A stretch of 52,926 nt of DNA from a virus (taxonomy: Duplodnaviria > Caudoviricetes). A program made the translations under genes and the position numbers. Location: positions 1 to 52,926 of the IMG/VR virus record IMGVR_UViG_3300009498_000007, one strand, 5' to 3'. Below are positions 29,235-38,321 of the stretch, piece after piece (within the stretch, counting starts at the first letter, position 1; each line of letters begins with the position of its first letter). A model generated the notes under the pieces. It had not been told where the DNA came from and made no database searches. It was given only the letters and a program-made list of their open reading frames with translations.

Positions 29235-30638
29235 ATGCCATTAACACGCCCTACTGCATCACAGGTTAATTTTGATGTAACCAATGTTACCGACCCATTG
29301 GTACGATTTAACAGTGGGCAATCTGGAACAAATGATAAAGATATTGGTATTGTATTCGAAAGAGGAAGTCAAACGAATGTTGCATTACTATGGGATGAAA
29401 GTGCTGATAAGTTTGTATTAGTTAATACTTCAGAAGATGGCACAACCAGTGGTAACGTAACTATCTCAAGTTATGCAAATCTACAAGCAAATGATATTGT
29501 ATCAGGAAATATCAACAACACTGGTACAGTAACGGCAGGAACAATGACTGACGGTACAGTGTCATTTAATGCAGGCAATATTACTGGCGTAGATACACTA
29601 CGCATTGACCAAACAGGCACTGGTTTGCGTATGACAAATGTTGGTGCGTTTGACAATGATGGTAGTAACAACTTCCGTATTTTCGCTACAAGTGATTTAC
29701 AACTTAAAGCAAATGGTGATACAGGTGGTGGTTTAACAATTGACGCTACAAATCAAGATGTAACTATTACAAACGATTTGCGTGTAACTGCTGGACAGTT
29801 TTACTATGGTGGTACAGCAGTAACTAGCACAGCAACAGAACTTAATTTGTTAGATGGTGTAACAGGCACATTAGTTACTGAAGCAGGTACACAAACATTA
29901 ACAAATAAAACAATCACATCGCCTACTATTAGTAATCCAACACTAACAGGCACATACACATTTACATCAGATGCAACTTCAACGCCTGCAATGACATTAA
30001 CAGCAAACAGTATTAATGACGGTGTAGGTGCATTGCGAATAAACGGATCACAAGCAGACATATACTTAAACCCAAGTACTGCTACACACACCACTGTAAC
30101 TTTTGCAGTTAACGATGATCAGCGTCTTGCATTTGGTATGGACAACAACAGTGACTTTTATATTACCAGACGAACTGGTGGCAGTTGGTATAATGATACT
30201 TTTGTAATAGACAGAGACACTGGTTTACTCAGTTTAGGATATGATCTTTCAGTAGCCGGTGATGCAACTATTACAGGAAATCTTACAGCATCAAGTTTAA
30301 ATGTAAATAATCAAAGTACATTAGCAACATCGTCTCAAACACTTGCAACAACATCTCAGACAGCAATTGATACATTCAGTGCGTCAGCGTTTAGAAGTTG
30401 TAAATATTTAATACAAGCAACAAATACTGTCAGCAGTGAATACCAAGCCACTGAAGCAATTATAGTACATAACGGCACCACTTCATACATGAGTACTTAC
30501 GGAATCACTTATACTGGTAGTGCCGAACTAGCAACATTTGCAACAGACATTAATAGCGGAAGTGTTAGGCTATTAGCGACCGGCGCCAATGCAAATAGTA
30601 CACAGTATAAAGTAACACGTATAACGGTTGTAGTATAA
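29235..30638 (+). CDS. Tail fibre-like protein
   Basis: VTDPLVRFN..DIGIVFERG..WDESADKF module, TATELNLLDGV, TQTLTNKTI; C-terminal FRSCKYLIQ..IVHNG domain; TATAAATA at 29197. Confidence 0.75.
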   Translation: MPLTRPTASQVNFDVTNVTDPLVRFNSGQSGTNDKDIGIVFERGSQTNVALLWDESADKFVLVNTSEDGTTSGNVTISSYANLQANDIVSGNINNTGTVTAGTMTDGTVSFNAGNITGVDTLRIDQTGTGLRMTNVGAFDNDGSNNFRIFATSDLQLKANGDTGGGLTIDATNQDVTITNDLRVTAGQFYYGGTAVTSTATELNLLDGVTGTLVTEAGTQTLTNKTITSPTISNPTLTGTYTFTSDATSTPAMTLTANSINDGVGALRINGSQADIYLNPSTATHTTVTFAVNDDQRLAFGMDNNSDFYITRRTGGSWYNDTFVIDRDTGLLSLGYDLSVAGDATITGNLTASSLNVNNQSTLATSSQTLATTSQTAIDTFSASAFRSCKYLIQATNTVSSEYQATEAIIVHNGTTSYMSTYGITYTGSAELATFATDINSGSVRLLATGANANSTQYKVTRITVVV

Positions 30639-30848
30639 CCTAGTCCACAGACTATTAAATTGTTTATTTTAACTACCTTTAGGATTCTTTTTGAAGCCTT
30701 TTAACCCCACAAGACTTATGTTGTTTAAACTATGTGTACTGCTCAGCAATGATGCTTAATGACGACAAGCATTTTTTACTGTATATGAATAATTACTCTC
30801 AAAAGAATAAATAGTAGTAATAGAACACCTTGTAAGGAGCAAAGCCAT

Positions 30849-31538
30849 ATGTACACTATTGAGCAAAAATTTCGTGCCTCGTATACTGGTGAAGATGTTA
30901 CAACCCTATTAAAGTTTGAAGATGGGCAACAACCACCACAAACTGAATGGGTAGCTAATAGCGTTTTCAACAATTACGTAACTACACAAGCCGTTGTTAT
31001 CGGCGGAGGCGAAACAGCCTTAAAAAATAATGCAAGTTTATTAACTAAAATTAAAAATCATAAAGGTGGTTTATTAGCCGCTAATAAGTTACAAACTTAT
31101 GGAACAAACGATACATGGAAATATATTCCTTGTGATTTCCTAGTAGCTATTAGCGATGCCAATGTTAAGCCTATTATTGACGATGGATATTACAATGGTA
31201 AAATTGTTTACACCAACGCTGATATGGTTTTAAAATATCCAGGAAAAATGTATCTAACACCTCAAGATCCACCATGGAATAGTGGTGCTATTGCGGCCTA
31301 TCTTGCCGCTTTTGACGGGCATAGTAAAGTGTTTCTATTAGGCTTTGAAGCAGATAAAGGAGAAGAATTCCCATTCTGGGTTAAAGCGGCACAAATAGTT
31401 TTTGACACATATCCTGATACAGAATTTGTTTATATTACTGATTCATCAGATGGAGAGATGCCAGGTAGTTGGAAGAACTCAGACAACGTTAGACATATTA
31501 CCTTACGTGAGTTTGTTCTTGAAGCTGATATTGGATAA
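30849..31538 (+). CDS. Hypothetical Rossmann-like protein (Maf/DUF115 or sialyltransferase-like)
   Basis: AVVIGGG, TYGTN, DFLVAISD, NSGAIAAYLAA..GHSKVFLLGFE. Confidence 0.5.
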   Translation: MYTIEQKFRASYTGEDVTTLLKFEDGQQPPQTEWVANSVFNNYVTTQAVVIGGGETALKNNASLLTKIKNHKGGLLAANKLQTYGTNDTWKYIPCDFLVAISDANVKPIIDDGYYNGKIVYTNADMVLKYPGKMYLTPQDPPWNSGAIAAYLAAFDGHSKVFLLGFEADKGEEFPFWVKAAQIVFDTYPDTEFVYITDSSDGEMPGSWKNSDNVRHITLREFVLEADIG

Positions 31539-31997
31539 TTCCTGAACAGTCTCAAGTTTTTCAATTATTTTGTCAAACTTAAAAGAACGCCATACCCCCG
31601 GATGTAAAGGCCGGGGGTATTTCTTTATCGGAACCCAACAATAACCTTCGTGTTCGTCATTGAGATTTGGTATAAATTCTTCTTCTACAATACTTACATA
31701 GGTATGAAATGTAAATTTTTTATTATCGCTTGTAAAAGTTTCAAGCGGAGATAACTTTACTTCTTTAAGTTCTCCAATCTCTTCGTTAATTTCTCGTCGA
31801 AGAGTTTGAATAGGAGTTTCGTCTTTTTCAACTTTACCTCCAGTTATACCCCAAGTGCTTTTATATTTTCCTGTGGTGGATCTTAATAGAAATAGGTATC
31901 GCTGAGTAGACTTGGCATATATTAAACACCCAGTTGCTACTAGATTACGATTCTCCACTCGCCTTCTCGATACAGGCCTTCGACGCTCTTTGTCCAT
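31503..31997 (-). CDS. NUDIX hydrolase (true start possibly GTG 31958)
   Basis: NUDIX box GGKVEKDETPIQTLRREINEEIG; LNDEHEGYCW. Confidence 0.9.
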   Translation of the reverse strand: MDKERRRPVSRRRVENRNLVATGCLIYAKSTQRYLFLLRSTTGKYKSTWGITGGKVEKDETPIQTLRREINEEIGELKEVKLSPLETFTSDNKKFTFHTYVSIVEEEFIPNLNDEHEGYCWVPIKKYPRPLHPGVWRSFKFDKIIEKLETVQELSNISFKNKLT

Positions 31998-33397
31998 GTT
32001 TTCTCATGCCACTTGTATTGTATATTGGTATTTACGTTAGTAACATACTGGACATCATTTTCTGTACTGGCATCAAAGATAACTCTCCAAGTTTGGTCAG
32101 AAAGGTCGTATTCAATAATATCGTTGGCTTTAGCAATAAAGTTACGGTTTTGTCCACCACCCCATACATCTGCACTTTCGTGGTTATCTCCACTACCAAT
32201 TGGTCCAAGTGTTAAATATCTTACATTTTGACCATCACGTTCTGCCGGACGTCCTTGGCCGGGTGCATAAGCATCAGTGTTATCGTACATTAAATCAATT
32301 ATGTTGTTGTTGAATGGATCTATAATTGCATCTATTCCGCCTGTTATAGTGTTTGCTGGGAAAGTGTCATTATCTTTTGAAGTTATTAATAATTGATTTG
32401 TGTTTCCTGGATTAAAATTAACATATAATACACTCTCGTATGTACGCCCAATATCTGTTAATCTAATTTCAGTTAAACCTGGTTGTAACTCACCGTAGTG
32501 TTCTATTAAATCTGCCCAGTTGGCTTGATTACCATGTGCAACAGTTAATTCTCCGTCTGGACTAGATGCAACTGCTTCGTTCTTCATTAACGTTATAGCG
32601 TCTCCGTTATAGATAATACTATATCCATATGGTTCAACAATTCTACGTGTCAAATATGAAGCGTCATCAAGTACATCTCGTTTAATTTGCCCAGTTGAAT
32701 CGTATACACTTGATACCGCACTTAATATAACACCAAGTCTTTTAACTTTAGCTGGTGGGCTAATCCAAATTGGTAAACTAAAACTCATAGTTGAAATACT
32801 AATATCTTCGTTAGTACCCATTGGAACAGATCTGCTATCCCATCTGGTTTGAGTTAGCCGTACTGCACTTAGACTGGTCCAATCAATATAGTTGTCGGTA
32901 CTTTGTATTTCTAATGCAGGATTAAATAGTGTAGCAAGTTGTTCAACAATTTGTAGTTTTTGTTCTGTATTGCTTGTCCATATATCTAAGTTTAATGTTA
33001 GCTCGTACGGAACAGGCATGTGCCTCTCTACAGTATAACTATCAAATTTTGTTTCATCATATGTGTCAGTGTCTTTATCATAGCGGTGTTGGCGTAAACT
33101 TATTTTGTTTGAAAATGATGGATCTTGCATACGTGATTGATCATACACTAAATCTGTAATGTATACTGACATTGCAGGAACAGATGGCATGGTATTTTCA
33201 GTATTACCTTTAAGGATAGTTGCGGCTTGTCTGCTTTGATCTCCGTACATTACTGGAATACGTTGTACAGCGGTAGCACCTGCCGCATCTTCGCTACCAA
33301 ATTCTACATAAAAGTTACTAACCATACGTATGAACTGTTGAACAAAACGACGGATCTGGCCGTCATAGAAGAAATTTTTATGATCTGTATCAGCCAT
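31940..33397 (-). CDS. gp15: Tail terminator / sheath stabiliser (T4 gp15-like) with C-terminal extension
   Basis: FFYDGQIRR, RIPVMYG, MPVPYEL.LNLDIW, LQIVEQLATLFNP. Confidence 0.85.
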   Translation of the reverse strand: MADTDHKNFFYDGQIRRFVQQFIRMVSNFYVEFGSEDAAGATAVQRIPVMYGDQSRQAATILKGNTENTMPSVPAMSVYITDLVYDQSRMQDPSFSNKISLRQHRYDKDTDTYDETKFDSYTVERHMPVPYELTLNLDIWTSNTEQKLQIVEQLATLFNPALEIQSTDNYIDWTSLSAVRLTQTRWDSRSVPMGTNEDISISTMSFSLPIWISPPAKVKRLGVILSAVSSVYDSTGQIKRDVLDDASYLTRRIVEPYGYSIIYNGDAITLMKNEAVASSPDGELTVAHGNQANWADLIEHYGELQPGLTEIRLTDIGRTYESVLYVNFNPGNTNQLLITSKDNDTFPANTITGGIDAIIDPFNNNIIDLMYDNTDAYAPGQGRPAERDGQNVRYLTLGPIGSGDNHESADVWGGGQNRNFIAKANDIIEYDLSDQTWRVIFDASTENDVQYVTNVNTNIQYKWHEKTWTKSVEGLYREGEWRIVI

Positions 33398-34595
33398 TAT
33401 TATCCGCCTTAGGTGTAAATGCTACACTTAAACCTTGACGCTCAGGTAGTGTATTAGTTTCATCTTCAGGATCAACGTAAGTAGTATCGTTATGTCTAAA
33501 TTCTGAGTTTCGTGTTTGATTTATATCAGTGTTTGGCGTCAATCCTGTTCGTACAGCATCTACCTGTTTAATCCATCGTTTACCATCATATTTAAACAAT
33601 CTATTAGGTAAGAAGTCTATTCTTAAGAATTGGTCTTGTGGTGCAGGACTAGCTGGAAAAGCTATACCTGATCCAATGGTGCCATCAAACACGCCTCCGG
33701 TTAAATATCCAGTTAGACGTTTGTCTTCGTTATTTGCTACTGAACTATTATTAGCGGCATTAAGTGGAACGCCTTTTTTGTCAAGGTCAACTGGTTCACC
33801 GTCGTGATCAGCTGTATATTCTGTGTCGTCTGCACTTGGTAAGTTATCTCGACCAAGCGTTGTTTTAAGTTCAAATAGATGTTCAACATCATATCCTGAT
33901 TTTGGTACTTCGGCAGTTGCCTGTGCAATAACAGCGTCATTGATAGCAATATTTTTATCATACTGACTAAGAATTTGAGCAGTGGTTGTTGCAGTACCTT
34001 CAACAGCAATTTTATTAATAATGTCTTTGTATTCTTGTGCGTCCACCATTGGTTCAAATTTAACACGCCACAAGTGAGGCCACCATGTTGGACTGAATCC
34101 TTCAGATGCAAAACTAGCATCTCCCGCTACATAATATCTTTTTAAAGCAACAGGTACGTCATCGTCTAATGCATAAAAGTCTTTAAGATGTGGTAATTCA
34201 ATAACATCACCAGCTATAATTTTACGTCCTAGTTGTGCAACCATGTCGTTTAAATGGAAGGTTACCATAATACTAGCACCTGTTAGAAAAATACCAAACT
34301 GAGATAGATCAAAATCGCTATCTCCTCTTGTGTAATGTCCTCGTACCTCATAAACATCATCATCATATTGACGATCTCTGTTTTCTACAAATAGCAGATC
34401 TTGTATATTCTTTTCGCTTTGAGTACCATATTGAGGTTGAGTTGCATCGCCTTGGTCACCTTGATCCTTTGTACCAATGTATTTGTGTACAAACATTCCA
34501 GTGCCACCTATTGTAAACATTTCGGAAATACGGCGATCTGTAAACTTGTAATCGTTACTATGTTGTCCGTCTTTCCATAGGCTAAGTCTTGGCAT
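33390..34595 (-). CDS. gp14: Neck protein (T4 gp14-like)
   Basis: Likely start ATG 34595 (MPRLSLWK); DLSQFGIFL, GDVIELPH; adjacent to gp15. Confidence 0.7.
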   Translation of the reverse strand: MPRLSLWKDGQHSNDYKFTDRRISEMFTIGGTGMFVHKYIGTKDQGDQGDATQPQYGTQSEKNIQDLLFVENRDRQYDDDVYEVRGHYTRGDSDFDLSQFGIFLTGASIMVTFHLNDMVAQLGRKIIAGDVIELPHLKDFYALDDDVPVALKRYYVAGDASFASEGFSPTWWPHLWRVKFEPMVDAQEYKDIINKIAVEGTATTTAQILSQYDKNIAINDAVIAQATAEVPKSGYDVEHLFELKTTLGRDNLPSADDTEYTADHDGEPVDLDKKGVPLNAANNSSVANNEDKRLTGYLTGGVFDGTIGSGIAFPASPAPQDQFLRIDFLPNRLFKYDGKRWIKQVDAVRTGLTPNTDINQTRNSEFRHNDTTYVDPEDETNTLPERQGLSVAFTPKADNNG

Positions 34596-34663
34596 TTTTG
34601 CAAAATCCTTATTAGTTGTACTCTTATTTATTAGAAAAATCTCCTGTGTGGTTAAATAAATGG

Positions 34664-34691
34664 TTGACAAATCCTTGTTATGTGTTATTAT
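34664..34691 (+). promoter_or_regulatory. sigma70-type early promoter
   Basis: TTGACA 34664-69, N16, TGn-TATTAT 34686-91. Confidence 0.6.
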
Positions 34692-34732
34692 GTATATTGT
34701 AGTGTATTTTATAAGTACCAAAAGGAGCGGAT

Positions 34733-35977
34733 ATGGCTGTTACAAAAAAACGTATAAATCTAACCCCAAAGAAAAAGAAGCCCAGAGCTAAAGTACACGT
34801 TAGACGTGGCTCTAAACTACAAGAACCAAATTGGGAAGGATCTGAGCATTGGGATGGTAAACAGTATCACGATTTTACTCGTGTTGCTTCTGATTTTTAT
34901 TATGCTGAGTATAAAGGAAGTGATTTGGTTCCATATCTGTGGGCCTGGATGAAAGAGAATGATTACACTAACCAACAAATTAAAGAAGCAAAAGCGGCAC
35001 CGTCACATGCAATTTCGACAGTAGCATGTTATAATGCACGTATGCTTTCAAATGGTAGACCTGACTATCACAAAGCACATGATGAGTACTGGCAATCTCT
35101 TGCAGGTACAATGGGTGATGTTAGACCAGTAAGTACTTGGATACGTGAACAAATTGAAAAAGCAATTGAGCTTGGTGCTCCGCTTGTAGCAGAAAAAGAA
35201 GCTGAAGCCCAAGCGGCAAAAGCAAAAGGTACATATTACAAGCCAACTATTCAAGATCGACTTAATGAAAAAGTTGATGAAATACTAGGTGAGCTTGAAG
35301 GTCGTTACGACGAAGTAATACTAGGTTCTAAATCGGCTAAAGCAGATGCCTACAAACTGTTCCAAGATGAAAAGCTACCTCAGTCTAAAATTGGTGATGT
35401 TGTTAAATTTGTTACTGAACGTAAACAAGGACTTGAAGAAGATTGGAAAGATCTAAAGAAAGGCGATCCAGACTGCAAAGAAGGTTACGCTCATATGAAG
35501 CCTGCAGATTGGAAGCGACACATTGCTTGGTATGAAGAAGTACTAGCAGATTGTACTAGTTTCTCTCAATTGAAAAAAGCTACACGTAAAACTCGTGTTA
35601 AGAAGAGTCCGTCAAGAGAAAAGATTGTTTCAAAGCTCAAGTATAAAGCTGAAGATACAGTTGTTAAAGTTGCTAGTATTAATCCAATGCAGATACTAGA
35701 TGCTGAAGTGCTTTGGGTTTATAATACTAAAACACGTAAACTAGGCAAATATGTTGCTGACGATCATCAAAAGCTAGGTGTCAAAGGTGCTAGTATTACA
35801 AACTTTGTAGAAAGTGCTAGTGTGCAAAAAACATTACGTAAGCCTGAAGAGCAATTGAAAACCTTCCAAAAAGCAAACAAAGTTGCTCTAAGGAAGTTTA
35901 TGTCAACTGTAAAAACCACTGAAACCAAACTAAACGGTAGAATTAACAACGAAACAATTCTAATCAAAGTTCAGTAA
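34733..35977 (+). CDS. Hypothetical basic protein (414 aa)
   Basis: SD AAGGAG, Lys-rich N- and C-termini, LWVYNTKTRKLGKY. Confidence 0.8.
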   Translation: MAVTKKRINLTPKKKKPRAKVHVRRGSKLQEPNWEGSEHWDGKQYHDFTRVASDFYYAEYKGSDLVPYLWAWMKENDYTNQQIKEAKAAPSHAISTVACYNARMLSNGRPDYHKAHDEYWQSLAGTMGDVRPVSTWIREQIEKAIELGAPLVAEKEAEAQAAKAKGTYYKPTIQDRLNEKVDEILGELEGRYDEVILGSKSAKADAYKLFQDEKLPQSKIGDVVKFVTERKQGLEEDWKDLKKGDPDCKEGYAHMKPADWKRHIAWYEEVLADCTSFSQLKKATRKTRVKKSPSREKIVSKLKYKAEDTVVKVASINPMQILDAEVLWVYNTKTRKLGKYVADDHQKLGVKGASITNFVESASVQKTLRKPEEQLKTFQKANKVALRKFMSTVKTTETKLNGRINNETILIKVQ

Positions 35978-36028
35978 CTTATTACAACCCTGATAAATAC
36001 ATTATATTAACTAGCAGGGTTACTCTCT

Positions 36029-36898
36029 ATGGCAACACAAAAATCTGGACTAAATGCTGACGGCACCTTAATTAGCGATAATCTATTTGATGCTGGTACT
36101 GGAACAGGTGCTGGACAAATTGAATTTGATGGTTCTAGTTTGCCAGCAGTAAATGCTCTTAAAAAACAAATTGAAGACTATACTCGTTTAAAATTAGGTG
36201 ACGGGCTGGTTGATGTAGAGCTTGATAAAGAGCATTACGATTTAGGAATACACAATGCATTAGTAAAGTTTCGTCAACGTAGTAGTGCCGCAACTGAACA
36301 GAGTTATGCTTTCTTAAAATTACTACCTGAAACTTCAGAGTATATTTTACCATCTGAGATTATGACTGTTAATGCTATATACCGTCGTGGCATTGGAAGT
36401 GCCACAGGCAATACCGCCACACAGTTTGAACCATTCTCAGCAGGGTATATGAATACGTATATGTTGGTAGCAGGTCGTGTTGGCGGCTTGTTGAGTTATG
36501 AATTATATGCACAGTACCAAGAACTAGCAATGACTATGTTTGGTGGTTACATGCAGTTTAATTGGAACAATGCAAATAAAAAATTAACAATCATTCGTAA
36601 GATTCCAGATCAAAGCGATGAAGTTGTTGGGCTACAGGTTAACAACTACAAGCCAGATTTAATGTTACTAAATGATCATATGGTATATCCTTGGTTACAA
36701 GATTATGCATATTCATTCTGTAAACGTATACTTGGAGAAGCAAGAAGCAAGTTTGCTAGTATTGCAGGACCAAGTGGTGGTACTGCTCTTAATGGACCTG
36801 CATTGGTTGCCGAAGCACAAGCCGAACTTGATGTGCTAGAGCAACAACTAAAAGATTATGTTGATGGTGGAATGCCATTAACTTGGACAACAGGGTAA
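36029..36898 (+). CDS. gp13: Neck protein (T4 gp13-like)
   Basis: LKLGDGLVDVELD, WLQDYAY..CKRILGEARSKF..GG.ALNG..L..EA; late promoter GATAAATA at 35992. Confidence 0.85.
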   Translation: MATQKSGLNADGTLISDNLFDAGTGTGAGQIEFDGSSLPAVNALKKQIEDYTRLKLGDGLVDVELDKEHYDLGIHNALVKFRQRSSAATEQSYAFLKLLPETSEYILPSEIMTVNAIYRRGIGSATGNTATQFEPFSAGYMNTYMLVAGRVGGLLSYELYAQYQELAMTMFGGYMQFNWNNANKKLTIIRKIPDQSDEVVGLQVNNYKPDLMLLNDHMVYPWLQDYAYSFCKRILGEARSKFASIAGPSGGTALNGPALVAEAQAELDVLEQQLKDYVDGGMPLTWTTG

Positions 36899-36904
36899 AC
36901 TAAA

Positions 36905-37201
36905 ATGAGAGCATTTGATTTTTTACCAGAAGATACTGATGTTACTGAACATGAATTAGTTTGGGCTAAATCTAAAAAAGGTCCCGTGATGAAATGGCGT
37001 TGTCTAAGTGGTCAACGTAAAGGACGAGTTGTTCCTAAAGTAATTGATTGTAGTAAACCAATTGATGTTGCACAACGAGCTCGTATGAAAGTTACTCGTG
37101 CTAATACTAAGATTAGAGCGGCACGTAAAGCCAAGAAAACTAAAAGAGTAAATCCATACAGTCGTATGGTAAGAAATCTTAATAAATCCAAAAAAAGATA
37201 G
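36905..37201 (+). CDS. Small basic hypothetical protein, possibly internal head protein
   Basis: MRAFDFLPE N-terminus followed by Lys/Arg-rich body. Confidence 0.7.
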   Translation: MRAFDFLPEDTDVTEHELVWAKSKKGPVMKWRCLSGQRKGRVVPKVIDCSKPIDVAQRARMKVTRANTKIRAARKAKKTKRVNPYSRMVRNLNKSKKR

Positions 37202-37202
37202 A

Positions 37203-37231
37203 TTGACACTACCCAATGTTTATGCTATAAT
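37203..37231 (+). promoter_or_regulatory. Consensus sigma70 promoter
   Basis: TTGACA 37203-08, N17, TGC-TATAAT 37226-31. Confidence 0.85.
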
Positions 37232-37260
37232 ACAGTATTAGCATTGGAGATTAATTCATT

Positions 37261-37848
37261 ATGATTGTTGGAATTTGTGGTCTTATTGGATCAGGCAAAG
37301 GAACAGTTGCTGATTTCCTAGTGAACGACAAAGGTTTTACTAAATTAAGTTTTGCAGATAAGTTAAAAGATAGTGTAGCTACATTATTCGATTGGCCTCG
37401 TCAACTACTTGAAGGTGATACTGAAGAAAGTAGACAATGGCGTGAGCAAGAAGATATATTTTGGTCAAAAGAATTAAGCCAGCCTGTAACTCCACGTTTT
37501 GTATTACAACTATACGGAACAGAATGTATGCGAAATGGATTCTATGATGGCATATGGGTTAGTTTTGTTAAAAAGAAAATACTTGATAATCCTAAACAAA
37601 ATTTTATAATTCCAGACACCCGCTTTCCTAATGAAATTAATGTATTACATGAACTAGGTGGCGAAGTATGGTGGATACGCAGAGGCGAACTTCCGAGTTG
37701 GTGGAATATTGCAGTTATTGGTGAGACTCCGCCTGGAATACATGCAAGTGAATATGCTTGGGCAATGCCTGACGATAAGTTTGATAGAGTTGTTTATAAC
37801 GACGGAACTAAAGAAGAATTGTTTAAAAGTCTTCAATTTGTGGACTAG
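37261..37848 (+). CDS. gp1: Deoxynucleoside monophosphate kinase (T4 gp1-like)
   Basis: GLIGSGKGT P-loop, SFADKLK, TPRFVLQLYGTE, DTRFPNE, HASE. Confidence 0.9.
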   Translation: MIVGICGLIGSGKGTVADFLVNDKGFTKLSFADKLKDSVATLFDWPRQLLEGDTEESRQWREQEDIFWSKELSQPVTPRFVLQLYGTECMRNGFYDGIWVSFVKKKILDNPKQNFIIPDTRFPNEINVLHELGGEVWWIRRGELPSWWNIAVIGETPPGIHASEYAWAMPDDKFDRVVYNDGTKEELFKSLQFVD

Positions 37849-38173
37849 GCTTCCAAGGTATTCTACTTCCGTATAGCTCTGCTTTGCAGTTAGCACATAT
37901 TGTTTTAAGATTAAAACTATCAACGTTTGATAGATTTCCGTCTACATGAAAGACAAACATTTGATTATTTGTCTTTGCTTTAAAGCCACACTTATCACAT
38001 CTTTCTTTTTTACGATACCCCATACGATACCACATAGGTGCCGCTGGCTTTAATTTTTTCTTTTTACGGCTACATGAATCGCACATTTTGCGATAGTAAA
38101 CTTTGTTGCCCTTACGACTATTAATAGCAACAGGTCTTTCTTCGCATACAGGGCATATTTTGCGTTCGCTCAT
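37823..38173 (-). CDS. Zn-finger / degenerate HNH-like protein
   Basis: CPVC, CDSC, CDKC, FHVDGNLSN...NL.TICANC; ATG 38173 lies 5 nt after TATAAATA (38186-38179). Confidence 0.7.
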   Translation of the reverse strand: MSERKICPVCEERPVAINSRKGNKVYYRKMCDSCSRKKKKLKPAAPMWYRMGYRKKERCDKCGFKAKTNNQMFVFHVDGNLSNVDSFNLKTICANCKAELYGSRIPWKPSPQIEDF

Positions 38174-38321
38174 ATAGTTATTTATAAGCAAACCTTAATT
38201 AAGGGCATCTGTAGAGCATGGTTTTTGGACATAATTAATAAATACATTTAAGCAAAAACATTGTGTCCTCACTGATACAGAGTTTTTAAATATTACAATA
38301 GTGTAAAAGGAAGATAATAAA

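Noticed and set aside
34596-34721. N-terminal 42 aa extension of gp14 given in the ORF track
   Set aside because: Covers promoter-containing AT-rich intergenic DNA; ATG 34595 with upstream AAGGA is the better start
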